From the NCBI GenBank assembly GCA_031425655.1, contig JANPJS010000126.1, positions 1-30,670 of the forward strand: a stretch of DNA of 30,670 nucleotides, given 5' to 3'. The notes beneath the pieces are model-generated. The model did no database searches. It was not told the DNA's origin and saw only the letters and a list, made by a program, of their open reading frames with translations. Below are positions 15,594 to 24,706 of the stretch, one piece after another. The stretch comes from Abditibacteriaceae bacterium. Its GTDB lineage: Bacteria; Armatimonadota; Abditibacteriia; Abditibacteriales; Abditibacteriaceae. The translations under genes and the position numbers were made by a program. The stretch's first letter is position 1, and each line of letters starts with the position of its first letter.

Positions 15594-18500
15594 TTAGGGC
15601 TGGAAGTCCAATAAGTCGCGCGCCAGTTTGTGGGTGTTGTCGTCCGGCTTGGTGTTTTTAACGATTGCGGACAGGGCCGCGCGGGCGAATTTGAGGCGAG
15701 CATTGTCCTCGACGCGCTGCAATTCTTGGAGAATAGCTATCGGCCAGTGGGCCGCGAGTTCTTGCAGAATGAGCGTTTGCCCGTCGTTTTGTCCGGCAAC
15801 GAGCAGGCTGACCGCTGCCGCGCTGCCCGCCGTGCCGCCCTGCGTCAGCAGCGAACGTAACACCGGCAAATTTTTCAAGAGTTCGGCGCGTCCGGCTGCA
15901 TCGTCGCCGGTTTCCGCAAGACCGCGTGCGGCTTCGGCGCGCGTTTGGTCGTCGGGCGCTCCGGCCAGACCGCGATAAAATTCCTGCGCGAACTGCGGCC
16001 CGATTTTGCGGACGGCTTCCAGAACATTTTGCGCGGTCAGCAAAGGCTCGTTGCGCAGCGGGTCGAGCGGCGGGTTGGCGACGCTTTTTAATTCGTCCCA
16101 CTCGCCGCCGACGGCATCAATGTCTTTGAGCGCGGCGTAGTCGCCCGTCACACGCTGCGCCACATTGTGCATCAAAAACTGCCCGCCGATTTGCGCCGCC
16201 GATTGCTGCACCATGAAGCCGGCAGCGTGGCCGCGCGCTTCGTCGCGGCGCGCATCGCGGTAAATATCCACTAATTTCGGCAGCGCCGTGCGCGCTTTGA
16301 GTTCGCCGAGCGCCCACACAATCGAGGCGCGCGACAAGCCGCTTTCCATGTCGAGCGCGGCGATAAGCGGCGCAACGGAGCTTTGATCGCCAATGGCGCC
16401 GCAGGCCCGCGCCGCGTTGGAGCGCACCACGCGCTCCGGCGATGTCAAGGCTTGGTGCAAGACCGGCAAGAGCGGCTTGCCGGCCTGCTTGAACACCAGT
16501 TGCGCAACGCGAACCTGCCACGAATTGTGCTTGTCGCTATCGTAGGCGTGCAGCAGCACGCTGGCCGCCGCCGGACGTTGGCGCAGCGACGCGCCGAAAT
16601 CGCGCAAAATCCCCGGCCATTCGCCATAATCGAGATCGTAATTCGTCGGATATTCCAGCAGCAGCGCGAAAATGTCCGGCGTAGCGTGTGGCGCCACGGC
16701 GGATTGCAAAGCCCATGTGGCGCCGCCCTCCAAACCTATGCTGAACTCGGCGCCGAAAGGCACATTGGTCGAAGTCATGCCGCCTTTCCACGCCTCGCGC
16801 AGGAGTCTCATGTCGGGAATCTGGCCGCGCCGGCAAAGTTCCATTGTCGCCGCGTAGCGAATGGACGGCTCCGCATCGGTCAGGCGCTTTTGCAGCAGGG
16901 GCACGACTTCGGCCTCGCTCAAACTGTTTTTCGTTCGCGTCAGCAGATAGAGCGCGGTGCCGCGTAGGTTTGACTCAGTGGCGCCCAACTGAGATACGAT
17001 GCGTTTTTGAACGGCGGCGTCTTGCAATAACTTCGATTTGCCGAGCAGCGATGCCAGCGCGTTGGCGCGATAAAACGGATTTGGGTCGCGCAGCGCCGTC
17101 GCTAATTGCGCGGACGAGGCGATTTCGACTTTGCGCTGCCTGGCATCCGCCAGTTGATTCTGACGCGGGTCAAGCATCACGCGGACAACCAGCGGCGCGG
17201 GTTTCAACGGAACTACCTCATTGTCGCCGAGAACCAGCGCGCCGCGCGTGCCGCAAAGATACGTGCGCCCACCGATAATTTGCTTAGCGATAATTCGTCC
17301 GCCTAAAAACGGCATCGCGCCTAATCGCGGTTTGGGCAACGCCGCATAGGCTGCGGTTTGGTCCATGATGCGCGGCGGGGCAGGCGGACTGAATTCGCCG
17401 GACGCGGGCCGAAACCAGCCGGGCGGCAATTGTTGATAGCTAAAATTGGCCCAGCGCCGGTATTGAACGCCATAAGTCAGCGCCAGCGCGCCGGGCCGCG
17501 CCGGGTCGGGCGCCACGCCTTCGAGAGCATCGCTGGACAGGCCGTCTTCGCTGAACAGCGTCGTAAAAACGCCGGTCGCCGGATCGAAAACGAGGAGGCC
17601 GCCTTTGGCGTCGTCCCAGCGCGAGGCGAAATAAAGCCGCCTCTCGCTGGCCGCGCCGCTTGTGATGTGGTTGGCCAGCAAGCCGTCGCTTTGCGTGTAG
17701 GTGTTCGTCACGCGCCCCTGGCCGTCCAGCACGGCCAGACCTCGGTTGGTGCAAAGCCAGGTTCGCGCGCCGTCCGCGACCGCCGCAAAAACGGTGTCGC
17801 CGCGCAGCACGTCGGCGCGTGGCGCAGACGAGACACGGCGCGGCTCGCCCGTCGCCGAGACGAATTTCAGACCGCCAGCCTCATCGGCTACGTTGCGCGG
17901 ATGTTTATTGAACGGCCAATCTTCGCGGGGATATTGATAGCGCGTGGCGTCCAGGCGGCGGCCCGTGACCCAGGCGCCGTCCGGCAATTTCAAAGCGAGC
18001 AGAGGTGCGTCGTCGTTATTGGACACGAGGGCGCCATCCGGGCGCCGCCAGAAAGTGTCGCCGCGCGCTTCGGAAGGCGCATCGTTTTCGATGGGTTCCT
18101 TAAACGGCTCACCGAAGGAGCCGAGTCGGCGCAGCTTGCCGTTTTCGGCGTCGAAAACGTAAGCTCGGCCTGCGGCTCTGAAGACCAGTTGGCCTTTGTA
18201 ACGGCCCGCAAAGCCGAACGGTTGGTTCACCAATCGCTCATCGCGCGACAGATTGCCCGCGATGGAGATGGGCGTAATTTGCAGCGTGTTGCGGTCAATC
18301 AGGCAAGGGCGATTGCGTAGCTCGTCGTTCAGCCAGACGTTACCCCACAATTGGCCGTCAATCATGCCGATTAAATGGCTCGGATCGCGTGGGCCGGGTT
18401 CAATCGGCGCCTGCCATTGGCCGCTGCGCGTATCGTAGCGACGAAAACCGCCGTCGCCGTCGGCCCAGACGTAAGGCCCATCGAAAAGAAATCGCTGGCA

Positions 18501-21134
18501 CCCGCCGGACGAGCGTTTCCGCAACTCTTCCTGCGAAAAAATGCGTAAGGCGTTGGTGCGCGTATTAAGCGTGCGAACGTCGCGCCACGTGCCGATCCAT
18601 AACACGTCGCCCTGCGCGGCCAGAGAACGCACGCCGTTATAAAAGTCGCGCATTTCGGGGCTGCCTTTTAACGTGCGTGGATCAACGTCCTGATCGCAGG
18701 ATAAGTAGGAGATGGCGAAGGTTTTCAGGTCAACGCGGCTCAGTCCGACCGGCGTGCCGACCCACAAGGCGCCGCCACAGACGGCCAAGTCGAGCGCCGC
18801 TTCGCCGAGTGCCACGCGCGTGACGGGACGGCCTTCAAGATCGTAAATCGCCACGCCCCACGGATGCCCGGCATAAACGCGCGCCCTGTCGCGGCACAGG
18901 CTGAGAACATTGTCGTTGCAGGCCAGCAATTGCACGCCGGGCGGCAGATTGGCCCAGCCGAAAGTCGAGGCAGCCGCCGTTTTGGCGTTTACCATCTTAG
19001 CATTGGCCGTTTGCGCCATGCGCCGCGCCAGTTGGGCGCGGGCGCTCTGCCACGGCGACTTGTCCAGAGCCGTCGCTAAGGCGTCCAGAGTTTTGTCGTC
19101 GCGCGCGTCCTGAATGGCTAAGGCCAGCATGGCGTTGGCGTGTTCCGTCATGCCGTTAAACGAGCCGTAGTCGTTTTGATTTTGGTATTGCTCAAACGGC
19201 TTATCGTGGCGCGCAACGCGCAAAGCCAGCGCCTGCAACTTTTCGTTTTGGCCGTTTTTCTGGTAAAGCCGCGCCAGTTGATAAGCCAGTTGATAATGAC
19301 TTTTAAAGCGCTGCGGCAGGCGCGGGCCGCGATAACGCTCGCGGATAAGATCGGGGTCGGCTTCCAGCAGCGCTTCCCACGCCGCAATCAGCGCCGGGCC
19401 GGACGCGCGGCCTTCCAATTCCAGCAGTTCCAATTGAGAAAGCACATCGCGCGGATTGGCTTTTGTCACCGCTTCGAGCAACGCGCGCAACGACGGCTCA
19501 CCGATTTTCTTAAAACGCTCTTTCCACGATTGCAGGCTATAAACGAATTTCGCGTCGGCGCGCGATGCTTCGGCCAGCGCAGCGATGGTCGCCTGACGGT
19601 CGTCCAGCAGCCACGCCAATTCGGCACGCTGGGCGGGCGCGGTGATTTTGCCCACGCGCTCTTTGGCCCACTCCGTAAAGCGCGCCTCCTGTCCGGCGGC
19701 TTTGAAACGCGCCGCGACATCTTCGTAGCGAGCCTGCTCCTCGTTTCCTAATTCGAGTTGGCGCAACACCAAATCGAGGGCCTTGTCGCGCTGTCCGAGC
19801 GCGCCGTAGATTCGCTCCAGACGCGGCAGCACGCTCATCTGGAAACGGGTTTTGGCATCGAGGGGCGAGGCGAAAACTATGCCCGGCGGCAGGCCGCTTG
19901 GTGCAATTTGGCCGTCTGGCGCGCCTGCTTTCGCCTCAAAGGGCAATTGCAAGGCTTCTTCGTAAGCAGCGGCGGCTTCGGCGTTTTTGGCGAACTCTTC
20001 GTAAACCATACCGCGTCGGCGCGCTGCCTCCGGCGGCGAAAATTGCGCGCCCGCGATGAAATCGAGTTCTATTTTCAGCGCCGCGTCGGGTTGTCCGGCG
20101 TGCAAAAGCAGAGTTGCCAAGACGCGCCGCGCGCCGTTGTCGCCTTTTTCGATTTGTCCGCGCACTGCACCGAGCAAATCGTTTTCGCGGCCCTGCATTT
20201 TCGCGGCGCCGTAGGCCAGGCGCAAAAAATCCTGCGCGGTCAGGCCCGGCGCCGGCCTACCCCAAAAACGGCTGGAATCGCGCGGCGCGGCGGCGCGGCG
20301 CGGCAGCGATTTTTCCGCGTCACTCGCTTCGATCCAACCTGCCGTTTTCGGCTCTACATCCACTGCCAACGTCACGTCGCGCAACACCGCAAAAGCGTTA
20401 TCGGGCTGCGCGCGGCGCTTGAGAAAATAAGCGTAGTCAATAGCGAACTGCCGCCCAAAGGCGCTGAAGCCCGCCGGGCGCACCACGAATATTTTAGGCG
20501 TGCGGGTTTTGTCGTCTGCGGAATAAACGTTCTGCTCGACCAGATAAGGCTGTGTCAGGGCGCGATGAATTTCCCAGACGCGCGCGAATTCTCTGGCGGC
20601 ATCGTCCCACGCTTCCAAGCCGATGAAGCGGCGCAGCAGCCAGTTGTCGCGATGGCTGCCGGGGCCGCTTTGAAATGATTCGAGTGGGCCGCGACTCGCA
20701 ACATTAAGCGGCTGTTCTGCATCGGCGCTGCGCGCTGAAAACTCGACGGCGTAAGGGCGGCGCGGCAAAAAGTTTTGCGTGCGGTCGCTTTGCGCTTCGC
20801 TTTCCAAAGCCTGCGCCGCCGCGCGATAAGATTTCAAGGCTTCATCGCGGCGCTTCAAAGCCAGCAGCAAATCGCCCTCGACGAGATGGCGCGAAATCTC
20901 CGGCGCGTCTTTCAAACCGCGCAGCAACGCCAGAAAATGCTCTGCTTTAGGCCGTGCCAGATCGAGCGCCGCGCTTTCGGCGCCGGGAATCCTGACATAA
21001 TGCGCGAAGGCTTGGTCTTCGTTGCCGTCACGCGCCAGCACTTGCGCGACAGCGAAGGGCGAGGGCGCTAATTCGGGTGCGGCTTTAGCGATAGCGCCAA
21101 AACACAAAATGGCGGCGAGCCAACAGTAATTCAT
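15594..21134 (-). CDS. Large exported hypothetical protein: TPR-like helical N-terminus, beta-propeller middle, HEAT/PBS-lyase repeats at the C-terminus
   Basis: 1846-aa ORF with signal peptide; LWVGT..GL, LWIGT, TWLCTNRGL, ..DGL..N/D blade motifs; VRSNAARACGAIGD..SV.PLIAAL HEAT repeats; GAGG RBS. Confidence 0.85.
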   Translation of the reverse strand: MNYCWLAAILCFGAIAKAAPELAPSPFAVAQVLARDGNEDQAFAHYVRIPGAESAALDLARPKAEHFLALLRGLKDAPEISRHLVEGDLLLALKRRDEALKSYRAAAQALESEAQSDRTQNFLPRRPYAVEFSARSADAEQPLNVASRGPLESFQSGPGSHRDNWLLRRFIGLEAWDDAAREFARVWEIHRALTQPYLVEQNVYSADDKTRTPKIFVVRPAGFSAFGRQFAIDYAYFLKRRAQPDNAFAVLRDVTLAVDVEPKTAGWIEASDAEKSLPRRAAAPRDSSRFWGRPAPGLTAQDFLRLAYGAAKMQGRENDLLGAVRGQIEKGDNGARRVLATLLLHAGQPDAALKIELDFIAGAQFSPPEAARRRGMVYEEFAKNAEAAAAYEEALQLPFEAKAGAPDGQIAPSGLPPGIVFASPLDAKTRFQMSVLPRLERIYGALGQRDKALDLVLRQLELGNEEQARYEDVAARFKAAGQEARFTEWAKERVGKITAPAQRAELAWLLDDRQATIAALAEASRADAKFVYSLQSWKERFKKIGEPSLRALLEAVTKANPRDVLSQLELLELEGRASGPALIAAWEALLEADPDLIRERYRGPRLPQRFKSHYQLAYQLARLYQKNGQNEKLQALALRVARHDKPFEQYQNQNDYGSFNGMTEHANAMLALAIQDARDDKTLDALATALDKSPWQSARAQLARRMAQTANAKMVNAKTAAASTFGWANLPPGVQLLACNDNVLSLCRDRARVYAGHPWGVAIYDLEGRPVTRVALGEAALDLAVCGGALWVGTPVGLSRVDLKTFAISYLSCDQDVDPRTLKGSPEMRDFYNGVRSLAAQGDVLWIGTWRDVRTLNTRTNALRIFSQEELRKRSSGGCQRFLFDGPYVWADGDGGFRRYDTRSGQWQAPIEPGPRDPSHLIGMIDGQLWGNVWLNDELRNRPCLIDRNTLQITPISIAGNLSRDERLVNQPFGFAGRYKGQLVFRAAGRAYVFDAENGKLRRLGSFGEPFKEPIENDAPSEARGDTFWRRPDGALVSNNDDAPLLALKLPDGAWVTGRRLDATRYQYPREDWPFNKHPRNVADEAGGLKFVSATGEPRRVSSAPRADVLRGDTVFAAVADGARTWLCTNRGLAVLDGQGRVTNTYTQSDGLLANHITSGAASERRLYFASRWDDAKGGLLVFDPATGVFTTLFSEDGLSSDALEGVAPDPARPGALALTYGVQYRRWANFSYQQLPPGWFRPASGEFSPPAPPRIMDQTAAYAALPKPRLGAMPFLGGRIIAKQIIGGRTYLCGTRGALVLGDNEVVPLKPAPLVVRVMLDPRQNQLADARQRKVEIASSAQLATALRDPNPFYRANALASLLGKSKLLQDAAVQKRIVSQLGATESNLRGTALYLLTRTKNSLSEAEVVPLLQKRLTDAEPSIRYAATMELCRRGQIPDMRLLREAWKGGMTSTNVPFGAEFSIGLEGGATWALQSAVAPHATPDIFALLLEYPTNYDLDYGEWPGILRDFGASLRQRPAAASVLLHAYDSDKHNSWQVRVAQLVFKQAGKPLLPVLHQALTSPERVVRSNAARACGAIGDQSSVAPLIAALDMESGLSRASIVWALGELKARTALPKLVDIYRDARRDEARGHAAGFMVQQSAAQIGGQFLMHNVAQRVTGDYAALKDIDAVGGEWDELKSVANPPLDPLRNEPLLTAQNVLEAVRKIGPQFAQEFYRGLAGAPDDQTRAEAARGLAETGDDAAGRAELLKNLPVLRSLLTQGGTAGSAAAVSLLVAGQNDGQTLILQELAAHWPIAILQELQRVEDNARLKFARAALSAIVKNTKPDDNTHKLARDLLDFQP

Positions 21135-21161
21135 GGCGACCTCAAATTCATGGCGACCTCA
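21128..21161. repeat. 17-bp tandem duplication of the RBS and start codon
   Basis: AATTCATGGCGACCTCA twice. Confidence 0.9.
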
Positions 21162-21180
21162 TCAGCGGCGAATTAAAACA

Positions 21181-21360
21181 AACCCAAGTTGCTACCCATT
21201 GTGCCCGGCGAATAAATTCGCGGCAACCAAGCCCTGCCCAAAGGCCACCCGAAGTCCGCCTTCGCGGACTAAAAACAAAGATTTTAGTCGCCGTAGGGCG
21301 ACTTCGCTGCTTGGTTGCCGCGAATTTATTCGCCGGGCACAATGGGTAGCAACTTGGGTT
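21181..21360. mobile_element. 180-bp MITE/REPIN-like element with perfect 52-bp terminal inverted repeats
   Basis: 21181-21232 is the exact reverse complement of 21309-21360; inner hairpins AGTCCGCCTTCGCGGACT (21253-21270) and AGTCGCCGTAGGGCGACT (21286-21303). Confidence 0.85.
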
Positions 21361-21388
21361 AATAAGTAGTCAGACAGAAATAGATTAA

Positions 21389-21552
21389 ACCGCAGAGACG
21401 CCGAGAGCGCAGAGGCAAAAAGAGCTTCGGGCCAACAGCAGGCGCACAATCCTGGCCCAGACTGGCCACCTCCCGGCACGGCCACCTCCCGGCACCTCGC
21501 CCAGCCCCTCTCCAGCCTCTCTCATGCTCGGCGCCCTCGGCGTCTCTGCGGT
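21389..21552. repeat. Palindromic element with 26-bp arms and an internal 16-bp tandem duplication
   Basis: ACCGCAGAGACGCCGAGAGCGCAGAG / CTCGGCGCCCTCGGCGTCTCTGCGGT (2 mismatches); GGCCACCTCCCGGCAC twice at 21464-21495. Confidence 0.85.
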
Positions 21553-21640
21553 GTAACTTAATTTTGTTCAGCCACTTATCATCTGCATTATTTGGTTTTG
21601 TTGCCCTGCAGCGTCGGCGCATCAAAGAATGATTTTCCGC

Positions 21641-23128
21641 TCAACTGTCGGCGCCCGGCGTGGCGCGGCGTGGCGGCTTGGTCGCATCGTAGTGCGGATT
21701 CGCAGTGGGAAACTGCGCGCCGGTCTGCTTTTGCCAGGCATGCAATTCGTCGCGCAGTTGAGCCATGCGGGCCGGCTCCTGCGCCGACAAATCCTGCGTT
21801 TCGCTGCTGTCGAGCGCCAGATTATAAAGAGCGGCGCGATTATCCTCGAACCATTCGATGAATTTCCAATCGCCGCGCCGGATGGCCGCGCCCGGCGTGC
21901 CGCCCTGATTGCCGTAATGCGGATAATGCCAGAACAAAGCGCGCTCCGCTGCCGCGCCGCCTTGTAAAATCGGCTTCAAATCGAGACCGTCCACAATTTG
22001 CTGAGCGGGCAATACCGCGCCGGCAGCAGCTAACAGCGTCGGATAAAAATCGGGGCTGGAGATGGGCACATCACTGGTGGAACCCGGCGCCGCAACGCCC
22101 GGCCAGCGCACCAAAAGCGGCTCACGAATACCGCCTTCATAAAGCCAGCCTTTGCCGCCGCGCAGAGGCACGTTGGAAGTCGGCCAGCCTTCGGAAGTCG
22201 AAAGCCCGCCGTTGTCCGAAGTGAAAACCACGATGGTGTTTTCGCTCAGTCCCAGTTCCTCCAATTTAGCCAGGACTTTCCCCGCCGCTTCGTCCATCGC
22301 CTCGACCATGCCCGCATAAACCGCGTGGTCTTGCGTCAGGCGCACCGTGCTTTGCCCTTCGCGTCCCCAGCCGGCTTTAAGGCCGAGACGTTGCTTTTTC
22401 GCAAGATATTTTTGGCGCAAATCTTCGCGCGCCATCAGCGGCGTATGCACATCGTAAAACGCGAGATACGCCAGAAACGGGCGCGTTTTATGGGTTTCGA
22501 TGAACTGGCAGGTTTCGCGTGCCAGACGGTCGGGCAAATGCTCGCCGGGCGGCCCATCTGTCAGGTTGGGGATTTTGTAAGGGCTGAAATACGTCGGAGG
22601 ATGCCCCTTGCCGCAACCGGCGACGTTGACATCAAAGCCTTGCCGTTCCGGGAAAAAATCCGGCCCGCCTAAGTGCCATTTGCCGAAAAAGCCGGTCGCG
22701 TAACCTTGCGCTTTGAGGGCGTCGGCCAGAGTGACTTTGTCGAGAGTTAGCTGCTCCGTATACGGCGCGGGCAAAAGCTGCGTGTTGTGATTCCACTTGT
22801 TCGGCTGCGGCGCGCCGATGTAGTCGGTGATGCCGGTGCGCGTGGGATATTGGCCGGTCAATAAGCTGGCGCGCGTAGGCGAGCAGACCGGACACGCCGC
22901 GTAAGCCTGCGTGAAGCGCATACCTTGCGCCGCCAGACGGTCGAGATTGGGCGTTTCGTAAAAAGTGCTGCCGCAACAGCCCAAATCGCGCCAGCCGAGG
23001 TCATCGGCGAGCATAAAAACGACGTTGGGCAGCGTTTTCGCCGCGCGTGCGCTGCCCTTTAAACCCAGCGCCGCCGCGCCGCAAAGTGCTTGTTTCATAA
23101 AATCGCGTCGTTGCATTTTTTGCCCCAT
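21641..23128 (-). CDS. Formylglycine-dependent sulfatase (S1 family), Tat-exported
   Basis: QRRDFMK Tat motif; ADDLG; CSPTRASLLTG (CxPxR); GKWHLG; SDNGG; GKGWLYEGGIREP; start may be 23116. Confidence 0.95.
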   Translation of the reverse strand: MGQKMQRRDFMKQALCGAAALGLKGSARAAKTLPNVVFMLADDLGWRDLGCCGSTFYETPNLDRLAAQGMRFTQAYAACPVCSPTRASLLTGQYPTRTGITDYIGAPQPNKWNHNTQLLPAPYTEQLTLDKVTLADALKAQGYATGFFGKWHLGGPDFFPERQGFDVNVAGCGKGHPPTYFSPYKIPNLTDGPPGEHLPDRLARETCQFIETHKTRPFLAYLAFYDVHTPLMAREDLRQKYLAKKQRLGLKAGWGREGQSTVRLTQDHAVYAGMVEAMDEAAGKVLAKLEELGLSENTIVVFTSDNGGLSTSEGWPTSNVPLRGGKGWLYEGGIREPLLVRWPGVAAPGSTSDVPISSPDFYPTLLAAAGAVLPAQQIVDGLDLKPILQGGAAAERALFWHYPHYGNQGGTPGAAIRRGDWKFIEWFEDNRAALYNLALDSSETQDLSAQEPARMAQLRDELHAWQKQTGAQFPTANPHYDATKPPRRATPGADS

Positions 23129-23333
23129 TAGCTGCCGCGTTTTGCCGGAATCCGTCCATTCACCATTGCGCGAGGCCGTAGTTTTTGGGCTTGGCCGGGT
23201 TACATAACCCCAGTTGCTACCTCTGGAGTGCGGCGGCTCGGCGCCGCTTTGAGGAGCCGATTTGTCGGCAGGAACCCTTTGTTTCTCTTGTTTTTGAAGT
23301 TTGACAGCTCGTTATTCCCAGTGCTTGAGGCTT

Positions 23334-23654
23334 ATAGCGGTTACGGTTGCAGTGTTTCGTGCTGCAAATCGGGGAGGCGGGGCTGACGCCCAATGGCATT
23401 AAGTTAAGGCGTTCCGAAGCATAATTCCTCCCCCTTTGGGGGAGGTTAGGTGGGGGTTGACGGCGGCAAAGCCGCCGTCTTGCCCTCCCACAATCCCTCC
23501 CGGAGGGAGGGAAGCAACGGTTCGCAATTGCTTAACTTAATGCCATTGGGCTGACGCCCTCTTCCAATCGAGGCTTGGGTATTCCCGATTGGAAGAGGGC
23601 GTCAGCCCCGCCTCCCCGATTTATGGCACGGAACACTGCAACCGTAACCGCCAT
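23334..23654. repeat. Long palindromic element (arms of about 69 bp once the inner MITE is removed, 15-nt loop)
   Basis: ATAGCGGTTACGGTTGCAGTGTT...GGGGCTGACGCC[insert]CTCTTCCAATCG pairs with CGATTGGAAGAGGGCGTCAGCCCC...CACTGCAACCGTAACCGCCAT. Confidence 0.85.
23391..23548. mobile_element. 158-bp IS4-family-like MITE with 10-bp target-site duplication
   Basis: Perfect 18-bp TIR CAATGGCATTAAGTTAAG / CTTAACTTAATGCCATTG; GGCTGACGCC duplicated at 23381-23390 and 23549-23558; TIR resembles the E. coli IS4 end as recalled (TAATGCCGATCAGTTAAG). Confidence 0.88.
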
Positions 23655-23691
23655 GATTGCCGCCTGAACGCAATCAGCAACTTGGGTTATT

Positions 23692-24666
23692 TCACATTTC
23701 CGCGACGATTTCGCGCAGATTCCCGCAAGAACGCAAGCGATTGAGACCGGCGCTTTCCAGTTGGCGAACACGCTCACGGCTGACTTTGAATTGCCCCGCC
23801 ACCTCCTTCAAAGTGCGGGCCGGGCCACCATCAAGACCGTAACGGAGCGAAATAACTTCGGCCTCGCGGTCAGGCAAACCCTGCATCGCACGCCGCAATG
23901 TCAAGCGAATTTGATCGCGGGAAACGCTGTCCAACGCGCTTTCCGAGGTCGAGGGCGCCTCCACATCAGTCAACCGCTCCTCCAATGTGACGGATTGCCC
24001 TCCATCGGCTTCTTCTTGAGCGATGTCCAGCGATGTCGCTTCGACAGCGCCGTCGAAAATCTGCTGCAAGCGATCTAACGACACATCCAGATGTTGCGCC
24101 AATTCCGGGTTGCTCGGCGGGCGCAGCAAGCGATGAGTCAATGACACACGCACGCGCTCAGCCTGATGAAACTTTTCGACGGCGTGTGTCGGCAGGCGAA
24201 TGGTGCGCCCCGAATCGTTCATCGAGCGCATAATCGCTTGGCGAATCCAATAAGTCGCGTAAGTCGAAAATCTGTAGCCGCGCCGATGATCGAATTTGCG
24301 CACGGCTTTCATCAAACCGATGGTGCCTTCCTGAATCAAATCAACAAAGGCCAGCGATGCACTGGAATAATTGTGGCAGCGCCGCGCGATGGCAATCACG
24401 AGGCGCAGATTGCATTCGACCATTTCCTCGAAAGCAGCATCGTCGCCCTGGCGCACGCGCATCGCCAGTTGGCTTTCGCGTTCCGGCGTCAAGAGGGGAA
24501 ATTGCTCGACACGCTGCCACCACCACGAAAAAACGTCGCCGCAAACTCCGTCGCGCTGGGAGAAAACGGCCAGTCGTTCAACGGGATTGAAGCTTATTTC
24601 GTCGCGGTCGTCGGCCCAATTTGCATCTTGCTGCGAGTTATCGGCAGTGGTTTCTTCGGAAAACAT
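23692..24666 (-). CDS. RNA polymerase sigma70-family factor (RpoD/RpoS-like, no region 1.1)
   Basis: PLLTPERE..LA; NLRLVIAIARR; DLIQEGTIGLMKAVRKFD..RGYRFSTYATYWIRQAI; RTIRLPTH; TLKEVA..F.VSRERVRQLE. Confidence 0.92.
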   Translation of the reverse strand: MFSEETTADNSQQDANWADDRDEISFNPVERLAVFSQRDGVCGDVFSWWWQRVEQFPLLTPERESQLAMRVRQGDDAAFEEMVECNLRLVIAIARRCHNYSSASLAFVDLIQEGTIGLMKAVRKFDHRRGYRFSTYATYWIRQAIMRSMNDSGRTIRLPTHAVEKFHQAERVRVSLTHRLLRPPSNPELAQHLDVSLDRLQQIFDGAVEATSLDIAQEEADGGQSVTLEERLTDVEAPSTSESALDSVSRDQIRLTLRRAMQGLPDREAEVISLRYGLDGGPARTLKEVAGQFKVSRERVRQLESAGLNRLRSCGNLREIVAEM

Positions 24667-24706
24667 AACGCTCCCTTTGTAGGGCTAACTTACAAAGGGA
24701 GCGTTA
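24666..24706 (-). promoter_or_regulatory. RBS-sequestering 5' UTR hairpin of the sigma gene
   Basis: Perfect 16-bp stem TAACGCTCCCTTTGTA / TACAAAGGGAGCGTTA with a 9-nt loop; covers AAGGGAG and the A of ATG. Confidence 0.75.

Larger units (their letters stand above)
23204..23690. mobile_element. Outer MITE-like element sharing termini with 21181-21360
   Basis: ATAACCCCAGTTGCT (23204-23218) / AGCAACTTGGGTTAT (23676-23690), 1 mismatch. Confidence 0.65.

Noticed and set aside
17358..20678. Long + strand ORFs (320 aa, 306 aa) antisense to the giant gene, and similar shadow ORFs elsewhere
   Set aside because: Typical high-GC antisense frames with no motifs, opposite well-supported genes
21133..21625. 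Several small ORFs in the 21.1-21.6 kb gap
   Set aside because: Mirror-image peptides (CPANKFAATK, CREFIRRAQW) arise from the inverted repeats
23129..23203. Possible remnant of a gene 3' end (NPAKPKNYGLAQW*) or frameshifted N-terminal extension of the sulfatase
   Set aside because: Too short to support; no recognisable homology
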